Part shown: positions 18,901-24,275 of the stretch, one piece after another | Layout: each line of letters opens with the position of its first letter | How positions within the stretch are numbered: position 1 is the first letter of the stretch | Assembly (NCBI GenBank): GCA_041661045.1 | Contig: JBAZVE010000001.1 | Coordinates: 300,001 to 332,000, forward strand | Length of the DNA stretch: 32,000 nucleotides | Origin: Candidatus Saccharimonadota bacterium | GTDB lineage: Bacteria > Patescibacteriota > Gracilibacteria > UBA1369 > 2-02-FULL-48-14 | Reading direction: 5' to 3' | Notes under the pieces: model-generated | The model's input: the letters and a program-made list of their open reading frames with translations, nothing else | What the model was told of the DNA's origin: nothing | Databases searched by the model: none | Program-made: the position numbers and the translations under genes

Positions 18901-20671
18901 AAACGATTGTGAAGTCGAGAACAGAAACATCATCAGAGTTGGTAGCAACATCTTGAGCTGTAGGTCCGTTTGAAGAAACTGTAATATCTCCTCCTTCAAG
19001 AGTGAAGTAGGAACAGTCTGCATCGGAAGAAGCAGCACAGGAGTTGGCGTTACCATCGTAGTTGGTCTTAGTCAAAGACATACCGAATCCGTAGAGAGCT
19101 CCACGAACGAGTACATCGGTGCTTTGATCAACATATACTTCAACAGTGTCGTCCGTACGACCGGTGTTGAAATCGGCAGTAACATAGAAGCTCTTGGAAC
19201 CTCCCTTAGTGATACAGTATCCATCAGAGTTTTCACAATCTGTAGAATCGCTGTCCCAGTCTCCGCTGATGTCGAAACGAACTACATCGTTGTCGTCAAC
19301 AGCTTCAGCTTCAGCCAAAGGTTCAGAATCATCTCCTGAAACATAGAGCTTGAAGCTCTCGATGTCCGCAGTAGTTACGCTACCGGAAACATAGAGACCA
19401 ATTTCTTCAACTCCTCCCGCTTCAGTAGCGGTAGAAATTTTGAATTTAGCGATGGTTGCTCCATCTTCTCCAACTTCAGCGTTTTCAACCGTACCATTCT
19501 TTTCGATGGTGGCTACTCCGGCTGCAGTAGTAGAGAGAGTGTGCAATTCACCTTGTGCAGGAAAGTCTCCGTCCACTTCAGACTCACCGGCATCAACCTT
19601 GTCTGCGCTAACGATTTCGAATCCTACTTCTCCGGTGGAGCTGGTTGTACCAACATCCAAACGGACAGAAAGAGTGCGAGTTTCGCTGTCGTCGAATTCA
19701 AGGTTAACATTGTTGAAGGTAGCTTCGTGTGAAGTTGAGTTCACAGAAACTCCGGAGGTCAATCGTTCATTTCCCTCGTACAAGTACACTTGGTGTGTAG
19801 AAGAGAGAGAAGTGATTCCGAATTGGTGAACCGTGAGAGAATCGAGCTCGGCAGCTTCACCGGCAGTGAAATCCCAAGCAACCAGTTCTACAGAAGTAGC
19901 TCCGGAAGGAATGGTGGATTCAGCAGGGCTGTCGTCGCTGATTTCAACCCAGAAGTCTCCAACTGGATCAGCTGGATCTGGATCTTCTGCATCACGCCAA
20001 ACAGGATCTTGAGAATTGTTTGTCATGATTGCAGCTTGTCCACGAGTGACATTGGTTCCAGGGTAGAAGTTACCATTTTCGTAACCGTTGAGTACGCTCC
20101 AAGACCAAGCGGTACTGATGTACCAAGTTGGGCTTTCTTCGTACCATTCCCCTTCGTCAACATCTGGGAACTCGTCGACAGCAGCATCAACAGCTGCGAG
20201 ACCGAAAGCCTCTACTGCCATCTTCGCAAATTCTGCGCGATTAACAGCAGCGGTTGGGTCGTACTCGCCGGTAAGGTCACCGTTTGAATCGGTGCGGCCT
20301 CGTACGATTCCGTACATTTCGGCAGTGTTGATGTAATCTTCGAGAGCAGTGCTTGAGCTTACATCGCTGAATCCAGCGTCGTAGTCCGCATCCACAGCGT
20401 CCTCACCGAGGGCACCGAGTACGAGGATTTTCGCAGCTTGAGCGCGAGTAAGAGAGTCGTCTACTCCGAAGTCTCCATTTTCATAACCAGTCATCCAACC
20501 TTCGTCGGAAGCTTCGTCAACTGCATCAGCCGCATAGTGCGAGCTAGATACATCTGGGAAACTTTCTGCGGAGGCGATGCCTGTGAAGCTCACCAAAGAG
20601 GCGAGGATCGCAAGCATGCTGAGACCAGCTATGGATTTTTGGATCTTTCGAAAGGCGAAAGAGATATCCAT
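15926..20671 (-). CDS. Giant (1581 aa) secreted, highly acidic surface protein with three N-terminal SLH domains; candidate S-layer protein
   Basis: The signal peptide is ...SFTGIASA|ES. Three SLH repeats occupy aa ~38-216 (FPDVSSSHYAADAV...SLTRAQAAKIL; FSDVSSSTALEDYI...AVNRAEFAKMA; FPDVDEGEWYEESP...NVTRGQAAIM). About 1360 aa of T/S/D/V/G-rich beta-type sequence follows, with almost no Lys or Arg. The gene has its own terminator. Confidence 0.9.
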   Translation of the reverse strand: MDISFAFRKIQKSIAGLSMLAILASLVSFTGIASAESFPDVSSSHYAADAVDEASDEGWMTGYENGDFGVDDSLTRAQAAKILVLGALGEDAVDADYDAGFSDVSSSTALEDYINTAEMYGIVRGRTDSNGDLTGEYDPTAAVNRAEFAKMAVEAFGLAAVDAAVDEFPDVDEGEWYEESPTWYISTAWSWSVLNGYENGNFYPGTNVTRGQAAIMTNNSQDPVWRDAEDPDPADPVGDFWVEISDDSPAESTIPSGATSVELVAWDFTAGEAAELDSLTVHQFGITSLSSTHQVYLYEGNERLTSGVSVNSTSHEATFNNVNLEFDDSETRTLSVRLDVGTTSSTGEVGFEIVSADKVDAGESEVDGDFPAQGELHTLSTTAAGVATIEKNGTVENAEVGEDGATIAKFKISTATEAGGVEEIGLYVSGSVTTADIESFKLYVSGDDSEPLAEAEAVDDNDVVRFDISGDWDSDSTDCENSDGYCITKGGSKSFYVTADFNTGRTDDTVEVYVDQSTDVLVRGALYGFGMSLTKTNYDGNANSCAASSDADCSYFTLEGGDITVSSNGPTAQDVATNSDDVSVLDFTIVSVTDVTFDSFEISMTATESSDTTEGLLNETAANFTDVKIWDNTNDEALFAGVDATSFKTGTGGATAIDETTNDTDDDKSYYLFTDDFSMSTGEEREFSLMTDIANTTTLDGMTFTANLELGSTYPQLKDVNNKTLTNTSVLVPASAITSKTMTVRVPSLAISLASTPTAGANTYVKGSEEVPFVGMALACGDSSDCVITNLTLTGLFDDDQDNTWETSSTSAADANDAGTNMTTVLGSVWLENGDGVEIAASKGVNNTTWAVTYDSLDWTIESGDTEVVYVMGDLSTNSASEYVTFELLASNVTVEDEDGSTFSATAGGSTSGTVNNDPTSTVGTFVSTTTGGSLTVAVSSSTAREDIAVAGSADVEIAKFEFTSTREAFSVTDLSINNKQVGIVSTDLGEWDNNVESVTVSYENADGDTVEHTNIPLVSGTAILSGLSFWIPADDSAYLTVYADLNSITSSGSSATAGEFIDLNIGFNNFEAIAQGSGETYKGEELDATVSADADLDFGTISYTDADGSLEVDGATAADNSAALGATASLVIDDAAGDNSNKLPVGSVICIDDDDSAACTTEDIYIVTVWDSSVSGTEDTVTAMLIDDAGDQDYDDNDPILYSLPGTGYLTTTNRMHVYESKPTLALASSSPSGSRSVNSSDEVFAFTVYAESEEKVQIRTAEAGDDENDPVETGMDDADVALTTTGGEVVDGTSAVEVTFDANSVDDNDCFLLDEAYTAGNMDDYTYVSFWVNSSETDVTYDTTEVVFDDDSTCTAGGDDQIDFSTSNTWINGTALSAVTNAIGGANTATATADRWELVTVNVSSGTLTASTYFGFNVSATDGTTDWAATDQLRVDGVVFHNELLVVDVAADTDFNTDEVLTVSLKESGNTVAQGGMGYLSTSAAKVVLLPGGLNTSDAYTTIEVDANETKTYTLVLDSGTMLDEDGGADDPVTFSIDLGSSSDGTVTPGDFWWYETNSTVRWVGRVDSSTLVSNTVRY

Positions 20672-20703
20672 ATATAAAAGTTAAAATAAAACGAAATAAA
20701 AGT

Positions 20704-20744
20704 GGCACCGAAGTGCCGGTGTTCGGGTCGTTCAGTACCCGAAC
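20704..20744 (-). promoter_or_regulatory. Two adjacent stable hairpins in the probable 5' leader of the 1581-aa gene
   Basis: Read on the minus strand: GTTCGGGT-actgaacg-ACCCGAAC (20744..20721, 8-bp stem), then GGCAC-UUCG-GUGCC (20717..20704, a C(UUCG)G tetraloop). An AU-rich tract of about 32 nt follows, leading to the ATG at 20671. Confidence 0.45.
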
Positions 20745-21083
20745 AAACAGAATAAGCAACAATAAAAAGGCCAGAATAAGCTAAAAAGAGTTTATCCACC
20801 CCTTCGACCTAAAAAGAGATAGATCCATGAGTAATATAGAGTGTTTTATTTTGTGGGGTCGTGAGATTTCAAGGAGCAAAGACTATAAGGATCGGAAGCG
20901 AAGTGAGGGGCACAAACCTGTCTACAAACAAGAGGACATTGTCGATTGCATCGGATTGATCATGGCTGTCTGTCTACTAGAACGGCGGGAGTAGACAGAT
21001 TGTTTCAGTTTAATTGTTGACAAGACAGGTTTTGGTGATAGTCAGATCCTATTTAACAGGAGCAGACTGGGCTCCGCCCAGTA

Positions 21084-21158
21084 TGGTAGTCCCAAGGGGA
21101 ATCGAACCCCTGTTTCCGGAATGAGAATCCAGTGTCCTAACCCCTAGACGATGGGACC
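21084..21158 (-). tRNA. tRNA-Glu (anticodon CUC), CCA encoded
   Basis: I folded the cloverleaf by hand. Acceptor: GGTCCCA/TGGGACT (G1-U72 wobble). D-arm: GTCT-AGGGGTTA-GGAC. Anticodon arm: CTGGA-TTCTCAT-TCCGG. T-arm: AGGGG-TTCGATT-CCCCT. Discriminator A plus CCA. It closely resembles canonical bacterial tRNA-Glu. Confidence 0.9.
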
Positions 21159-21180
21159 TCTATATAAGGAACTTGCGACA

Positions 21181-21241
21181 GTCTATTCAGAGTTGTCACT
21201 TCTTTCAAGCTTTTTGTAGACAAAGTGGACTCTGAATGGAC
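21181..21241. promoter_or_regulatory. Imperfect inverted repeat in the tRNA-Glu / dnaJ divergent region
   Basis: The left arm is gtctATTCAGAGttgtCACTT (21181-21201). The right arm is AAGTGgaCTCTGAATggac (21223-21241). Arms are 17-19 nt with one indel and a few mismatches, and the right arm ends 4 nt before the candidate dnaJ -35. Confidence 0.35.
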
Positions 21242-21244
21242 AGA

Positions 21245-21273
21245 TTGACCTTGCCATTTATGTTTTTTATTGT
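21245..21273 (+). promoter_or_regulatory. Candidate dnaJ promoter
   Basis: TTGACC (21245-21250), a 17-nt spacer, then TATTGT (21268-21273). It is about 62 nt upstream of the dnaJ ATG. Confidence 0.3.
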
Positions 21274-21335
21274 GAAGTCTTCATTTTTGCGGGTTGGTCT
21301 TGCTTTTGGGCCGATTTTGAATAGAGTGTACGAAT

Positions 21336-22472
21336 ATGAGTGACCTTTATTCCGTACTCGGCGTCGAAAAAAACGCCACAGAAGCCGATATAAAGCGGGC
21401 TTATCGAAAAAAGGCTCAGGAGCACCACCCTGATAAGAATCCCGGCAATAAAGAGGCTGAGCAGAAGTTTAAGCAGGTCCAGGAGGCTTACGATGTTTTG
21501 TCGGACTCCGGGAAACGGGCCCAGTACGACCAGTTTGGCCAGGTTGGGGGAGGGTTTCCAGGTGGAAATGGGGGAGGATTCCCGGGAGGATTCCCGGGCG
21601 GGGGCGGTTTTGACCCCAATCAATTTGGCGGATTTGCGGATATTTTTGAGAGTTTCTTTGGGGAAGGCTTTAATGGAGGTGGCGGCGCTGGCGGCGGGCA
21701 TGGAAAAAAACAAGGGCCGTCTCGCGGGAAGGATATTGAAACGGAACTCACCATTAAGTTTGAGGAGGCGGTGTTTGGCGTCAATAAACACCTGGAAATC
21801 ACTAAGCCGGAACTGTGTGAGCATTGCAAAGGCAAGGGGAATGAGCCGGGCACTTCCGTGAAGACATGTCCTCAGTGCAATGGACAGGGGCAGGTGCGCA
21901 GTGTGAGACAAACCATTTTGGGCGCGATTCGGAGTGTACACAGCTGTCCACAGTGTCAGGGCCGTGGCGAGATTCCAGATCAATTGTGCAGCATATGCAA
22001 TGGACAGACTCGAATTCGTAAAAGCAGCGAGGTGACCGTTAACATTCCAAAGGGTATTGAGGACGGCACGACGATTCGCCTCAAAGGGAAGGGGGCCGCC
22101 GGAGCGTTTGGCGGTGAGTATGGGGACTTGTTCCTTCATATCACTGTTGCTCCTCACCCCAAGTTTTCTCGAGAGGGAAGGACCATTTACTCCTCGGAAA
22201 CCATTCCTTTGGTGCAGGGCGTTTTGGGCGCCACCATTAAAGTGGACACCATTCATGGAAAAGAATCGCTGAAAGTGCCTGCCGGAACTCAAGATGGAAC
22301 CGTCCTGACGGTTAAAGGGAAGGGGGCTCCCTCTTTAAAAACCGATGCCCTGGGCGACCACAAGGTGTCTTTGCACCTCAAGGTGCCTGAAAAACTCACG
22401 CGAAAGGAGAAGGAGCTTTACGAGGGACTGGCGAAAGAAGCCGGTATTGAGGTGAATCGAGGCCTGTTTTAG
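21336..22472 (+). CDS. dnaJ: Molecular chaperone DnaJ (type I Hsp40)
   Basis: The J-domain has HPD ([13 protein letters not shown]). A G/F-rich linker follows, then four CxxCxGxG zinc-finger repeats ([32 protein letters not shown]) and a C-terminal substrate-binding domain. Confidence 0.96.
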   Translation: MSDLYSVLGVEKNATEADIKRAYRKKAQEHHPDKNPGNKEAEQKFKQVQEAYDVLSDSGKRAQYDQFGQVGGGFPGGNGGGFPGGFPGGGGFDPNQFGGFADIFESFFGEGFNGGGGAGGGHGKKQGPSRGKDIETELTIKFEEAVFGVNKHLEITKPELCEHCKGKGNEPGTSVKTCPQCNGQGQVRSVRQTILGAIRSVHSCPQCQGRGEIPDQLCSICNGQTRIRKSSEVTVNIPKGIEDGTTIRLKGKGAAGAFGGEYGDLFLHITVAPHPKFSREGRTIYSSETIPLVQGVLGATIKVDTIHGKESLKVPAGTQDGTVLTVKGKGAPSLKTDALGDHKVSLHLKVPEKLTRKEKELYEGLAKEAGIEVNRGLF

Positions 22473-22486
22473 AGAAGTGGTCTGTA

Positions 22487-22529
22487 CTTATACACAAAAG
22501 GGCTGTCCAAAATTGTGGATAAGTTTTTT
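22487..22529 (+). terminator. Possible dnaJ terminator (AT-rich stem plus T6)
   Basis: CTTATACACAA (22487-22497) pairs with TTGTGGATAAG (22513-22523) with 1 mismatch. The loop is 15 nt and the stem is followed by TTTTTT (22524-22529). The stem is AT-rich, so the strength is doubtful. Confidence 0.4.
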
Positions 22530-22640
22530 GAGGAGTTTTGGAGTGTTTTGATCTGCTAAATGGCCCTGGATCTTGTCTAAGAGAGGAGTGAGGTGCTGTC
22601 CAGGTTTGGGGAAAACGGGAAAGAAATAAGGATGCAGCTT

Positions 22641-22664
22641 AAACAAAGATGCCGCTTACGCGGC
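22641..22664 (-). terminator. Possible terminator downstream of tRNA-Lys
   Basis: The minus strand reads GCCGC-gtaa-GCGGC (22664..22651) followed by atcTTTgTTT. The stem is short (5 bp) with a GNRA loop. Confidence 0.3.
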
Positions 22665-22698
22665 CTTATTGCTTAGCAAGCCTTTCAGGCTCGCATGG

Positions 22699-22774
22699 TG
22701 GTGGGTCAGCCGGGAATCGAACCCGGGACCATCAGCTTAAAAGGCTGTTGCTCTACCGACTGAGCTACTGACCC
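22699..22774 (-). tRNA. tRNA-Lys (anticodon UUU), CCA encoded
   Basis: I folded the cloverleaf by hand. Acceptor: GGGTCAG/CTGACCC. D-arm: GCTC-AGTCGGTA-GAGC. Anticodon loop: CTTTTAA. Variable region: TGGTC. T-arm: CCGGG-TTCGATT-CCCGG. Discriminator A plus CCA. Confidence 0.9.
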
Positions 22775-22816
22775 CCGTACTGGCGTATTTTATGGATAGA
22801 GTGGCCTGAGCGCAAG

Positions 22817-23404
22817 CTATTCTTGGCTGGGATGGAAAAGGCTCACGACCACAATGGCAAGAACAGGTAGGGAAAACCAAATATTGTAGTTGTCCACAAT
22901 GGATTGAATGAACTGAGACTCTTGATACAAATTGCTTTCAAAGCCGGCCCGCACGCTGCCCATCACAAAGGAGCCACCGGTGAGGTAAACCAGGAGTGTG
23001 CTCACCATGAGGCCCGCGTTGAGGAAACCGAAACTTAAGTTTCCCAGGATTTTGGTGACCACGGATCTCTCGGGTGGCAGATCCACAATAAAGCCTCCCT
23101 TTATGGCTAAAAGCACTATCGCCAGGACGAATGTGAAGATTTTGATGAGAACTAAGGCTTGATCTCCCGCTTCTCCCTGAAGCGATGGGGCTGCGGGCAA
23201 AAGATAGGTTTGGAGAAGATTCCCCACTCCATCCGCTGTGAGGATGGCCATGTAGGTTGAGATGATCACTTTTAAAGTCTGGTCTCGCCCTATAATAAAA
23301 CTGTACGCGATGATCACCGCGAAGAAGACGAGAATGAAGAGGTCCCAGGAAAGGCGGATATTGTCCACGGGCGCGGATAAAAAAGACTGAGAGCAGTTTA
23401 GCAA
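22817..23404 (-). CDS. Multi-pass membrane protein, possibly CvpA-like; start uncertain
   Basis: It has 4-5 hydrophobic segments. LSWDLFILVFFAVIIAYSFIIGRDQ and ILGNLSFGFLNAGLMVSTLLVYL loosely resemble CvpA-family strings. There is no ATG near the 5' end. The candidate starts are the TTG at 23404 (track) or the GTG at about 23368. Confidence 0.55.
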   Translation of the reverse strand: MLNCSQSFLSAPVDNIRLSWDLFILVFFAVIIAYSFIIGRDQTLKVIISTYMAILTADGVGNLLQTYLLPAAPSLQGEAGDQALVLIKIFTFVLAIVLLAIKGGFIVDLPPERSVVTKILGNLSFGFLNAGLMVSTLLVYLTGGSFVMGSVRAGFESNLYQESQFIQSIVDNYNIWFSLPVLAIVVVSLFHPSQE

Positions 23405-23503
23405 AAACTTTGTGAATTTACAAAATTTATTGTTTTTTCTGGTGACCAGGTATGCTTGGGGGCATTGTGCATAAGTTTTCTGTCAACTGGTCAGATTTTA
23501 GAG

Positions 23504-23626
23504 TTTGACTAGTCGGAATTTTGCACAATTGAACCTGTCGTGATTTTTTTGACTAGTCGGAATGGACATTTTGACTAGTCGGAATTCCGCCTATACATTG
23601 TTGTAGAACTTTTGACTAGTCGGATT
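23504..23626 (+). repeat. Four direct copies of the 16-bp motif TTTGACTAGTCGGA(A/T)T with palindromic core GACTAGTC
   Basis: Copies lie at 23504-23519, 23548-23563, 23570-23585 (all identical) and 23611-23626 (one substitution, A to T at position 15). Start-to-start spacings are 44, 22 and 41 bp. Each copy embeds TTGACT, a near-consensus -35 hexamer. Confidence 0.9.
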
Positions 23627-23636
23627 TGATTTTTCC

Positions 23637-23665
23637 TTTACAATAAGCCAATTTTCGCCTATACA
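23637..23665 (+). promoter_or_regulatory. Candidate promoter of the HTH gene
   Basis: TTTACA (23637-23642), a 17-nt spacer, then TATACA (23660-23665). It is 10 bp downstream of repeat copy 4. The -10 sits inside the recurring 10-mer CGCCTATACA, which is also found at 23588-23597 and 23872-23881. Confidence 0.4.
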
Positions 23666-23705
23666 CTTGTGATGAGGCGACACTTTGTGGTCTAATCACC
23701 TTTCT

Positions 23706-24233
23706 ATGGAGAATAACTTTCTCACCCTCGACGAAGCGGCACGAATACTCAAGAAATCCACCCAAACCATCCGTAGGATGATTAAAAAGGGGGAATTGGT
23801 GGCCCAGCGCGTCAGGACTCCGCAGGGCTTTCATTATGTGCTGAAACGAGAGGATATCGTGTTGTCTGATTCGCCTATACAAAAGTCTCAAAAGGCTGAA
23901 ACTGTAGCCGAGAACTCTGTGTTGACTAATCAAAACGAGAATCCGACTAGTCAAACCCTGGTTGAGCCTTTTGTGAAGCCAATCTCTAGGGCCGTGGACA
24001 AAATACCCTCGCAGACCCCTCCCCCCACCGTTTTTTATTTCCCTCCCCTGCCCTCTTCACCGTCCGTGGACTCCAAAGACTTGCTGCGACTCATCGAACG
24101 GCAGCATCGCGAACAATTGGAGCTCATTCGCATTTTGGGCCGTCTGCAAGAAGAGCTTTTGGAAGAACGAGGCAAAAAGCCGACTGGGCTCTTTAGTGGC
24201 TTCTTCAAAAGAATTTTTGGGCGCTTGGCGTGA
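23706..24233 (+). CDS. Small DNA-binding protein with an N-terminal excisionase/MerR-type HTH (HTH_17-like), a disordered linker and a C-terminal coiled coil
   Basis: LTLDEAARILKKSTQTIRRMIKKGELVAQRV matches the 'helix-turn-helix, excisionase family' pattern. The middle is Pro/Ser/Gln-rich. The C-terminus (LLRLIERQHREQLELIRILGRLQEELLEERGKK) is heptad-like. I preferred the ATG at 23706 over the TTG at 23685 used by the track. Confidence 0.75.
   Translation: MENNFLTLDEAARILKKSTQTIRRMIKKGELVAQRVRTPQGFHYVLKREDIVLSDSPIQKSQKAETVAENSVLTNQNENPTSQTLVEPFVKPISRAVDKIPSQTPPPTVFYFPPLPSSPSVDSKDLLRLIERQHREQLELIRILGRLQEELLEERGKKPTGLFSGFFKRIFGRLA
23940..23955 (-). repeat. Inverted fifth copy of the 16-bp motif, inside the HTH coding sequence
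   Basis: The plus strand reads AATCCGACTAGTCAAA. Its reverse complement, TTTGACTAGTCGGATT, is identical to copy 4. It lies in the codons for the NENPTSQTL linker. Confidence 0.85.
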
Positions 24234-24275
24234 GATCCCTTGCCCCCGCGGCGGCTTTAATGTAAAAATTCCGCC

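Noticed and set aside
20827-20994. 55-aa plus-strand ORF (MSNIECFILWGREISRSKDYKDRKRSEGHKPVYKQEDIVDCIGLIMAVCLLERRE) in the long intergenic region, ending inside a hairpin followed by a T-rich tract.
   Set aside because: It has no recognisable motif or conservation evidence, and ORFs of this size arise by chance in 400 bp. I kept it only as a note under the intergenic-region finding.
21267-22292. 341-aa minus-strand ORF lying entirely antisense to dnaJ. Similar long antisense ORFs occur at 24057..25382 and 25509..26054 and 26115..26879 (antisense to ppdK), 11979..13049 (antisense to metK), 8382..9263 (antisense to pgeF), 9297..9983 (antisense to DUF1385), 30362..30979 and 31446..32000.
   Set aside because: Each overlaps a gene with unmistakable conserved motifs on the other strand. 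Their translations are Arg/His/Ser/Pro-rich and low in information, with no recognisable motifs. This is the typical shadow-ORF pattern.
22514-22522. Perfect DnaA box TGTGGATAA (TTATCCACA on the other strand). A near-match TTATCCACC lies at 20792..20800 and TGTGCATAA at 23466..23474. This raised the possibility of a replication origin.
   Set aside because: The boxes are isolated, 1-2 kb apart, rather than clustered. No dnaA or dnaN genes or obvious DUE are adjacent. The perfect box forms the right arm of the hairpin plus T6 that looks like the dnaJ terminator.
22530-22640. About 110 nt between the dnaJ terminator-like hairpin and the tRNA-Lys terminator-like hairpin, considered as a possible small RNA.
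   Set aside because: I could find no convincing promoter, extended secondary structure or known ncRNA signature (SRP, 6S, tmRNA, RNase P) by eye. An Infernal scan would be needed to say more.
23504-23626. The repeat array considered as a mini-CRISPR.
   Set aside because: The repeats are only 16 bp long. The spacers are irregular and short (28, 6 and 25 bp). There are no cas genes, and a fifth copy is inverted. This is inconsistent with CRISPR architecture.
22699-24233. tRNA-Lys followed by a membrane protein, a repeat array and an excisionase-type HTH. This looked like a possible integrated mobile element or att site.
   Set aside because: No integrase, recombinase, phage or transposase gene is present. 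I found no direct repeat of the tRNA 3' half downstream. The segment is only about 1.5 kb and is flanked by core genes (dnaJ, ppdK).
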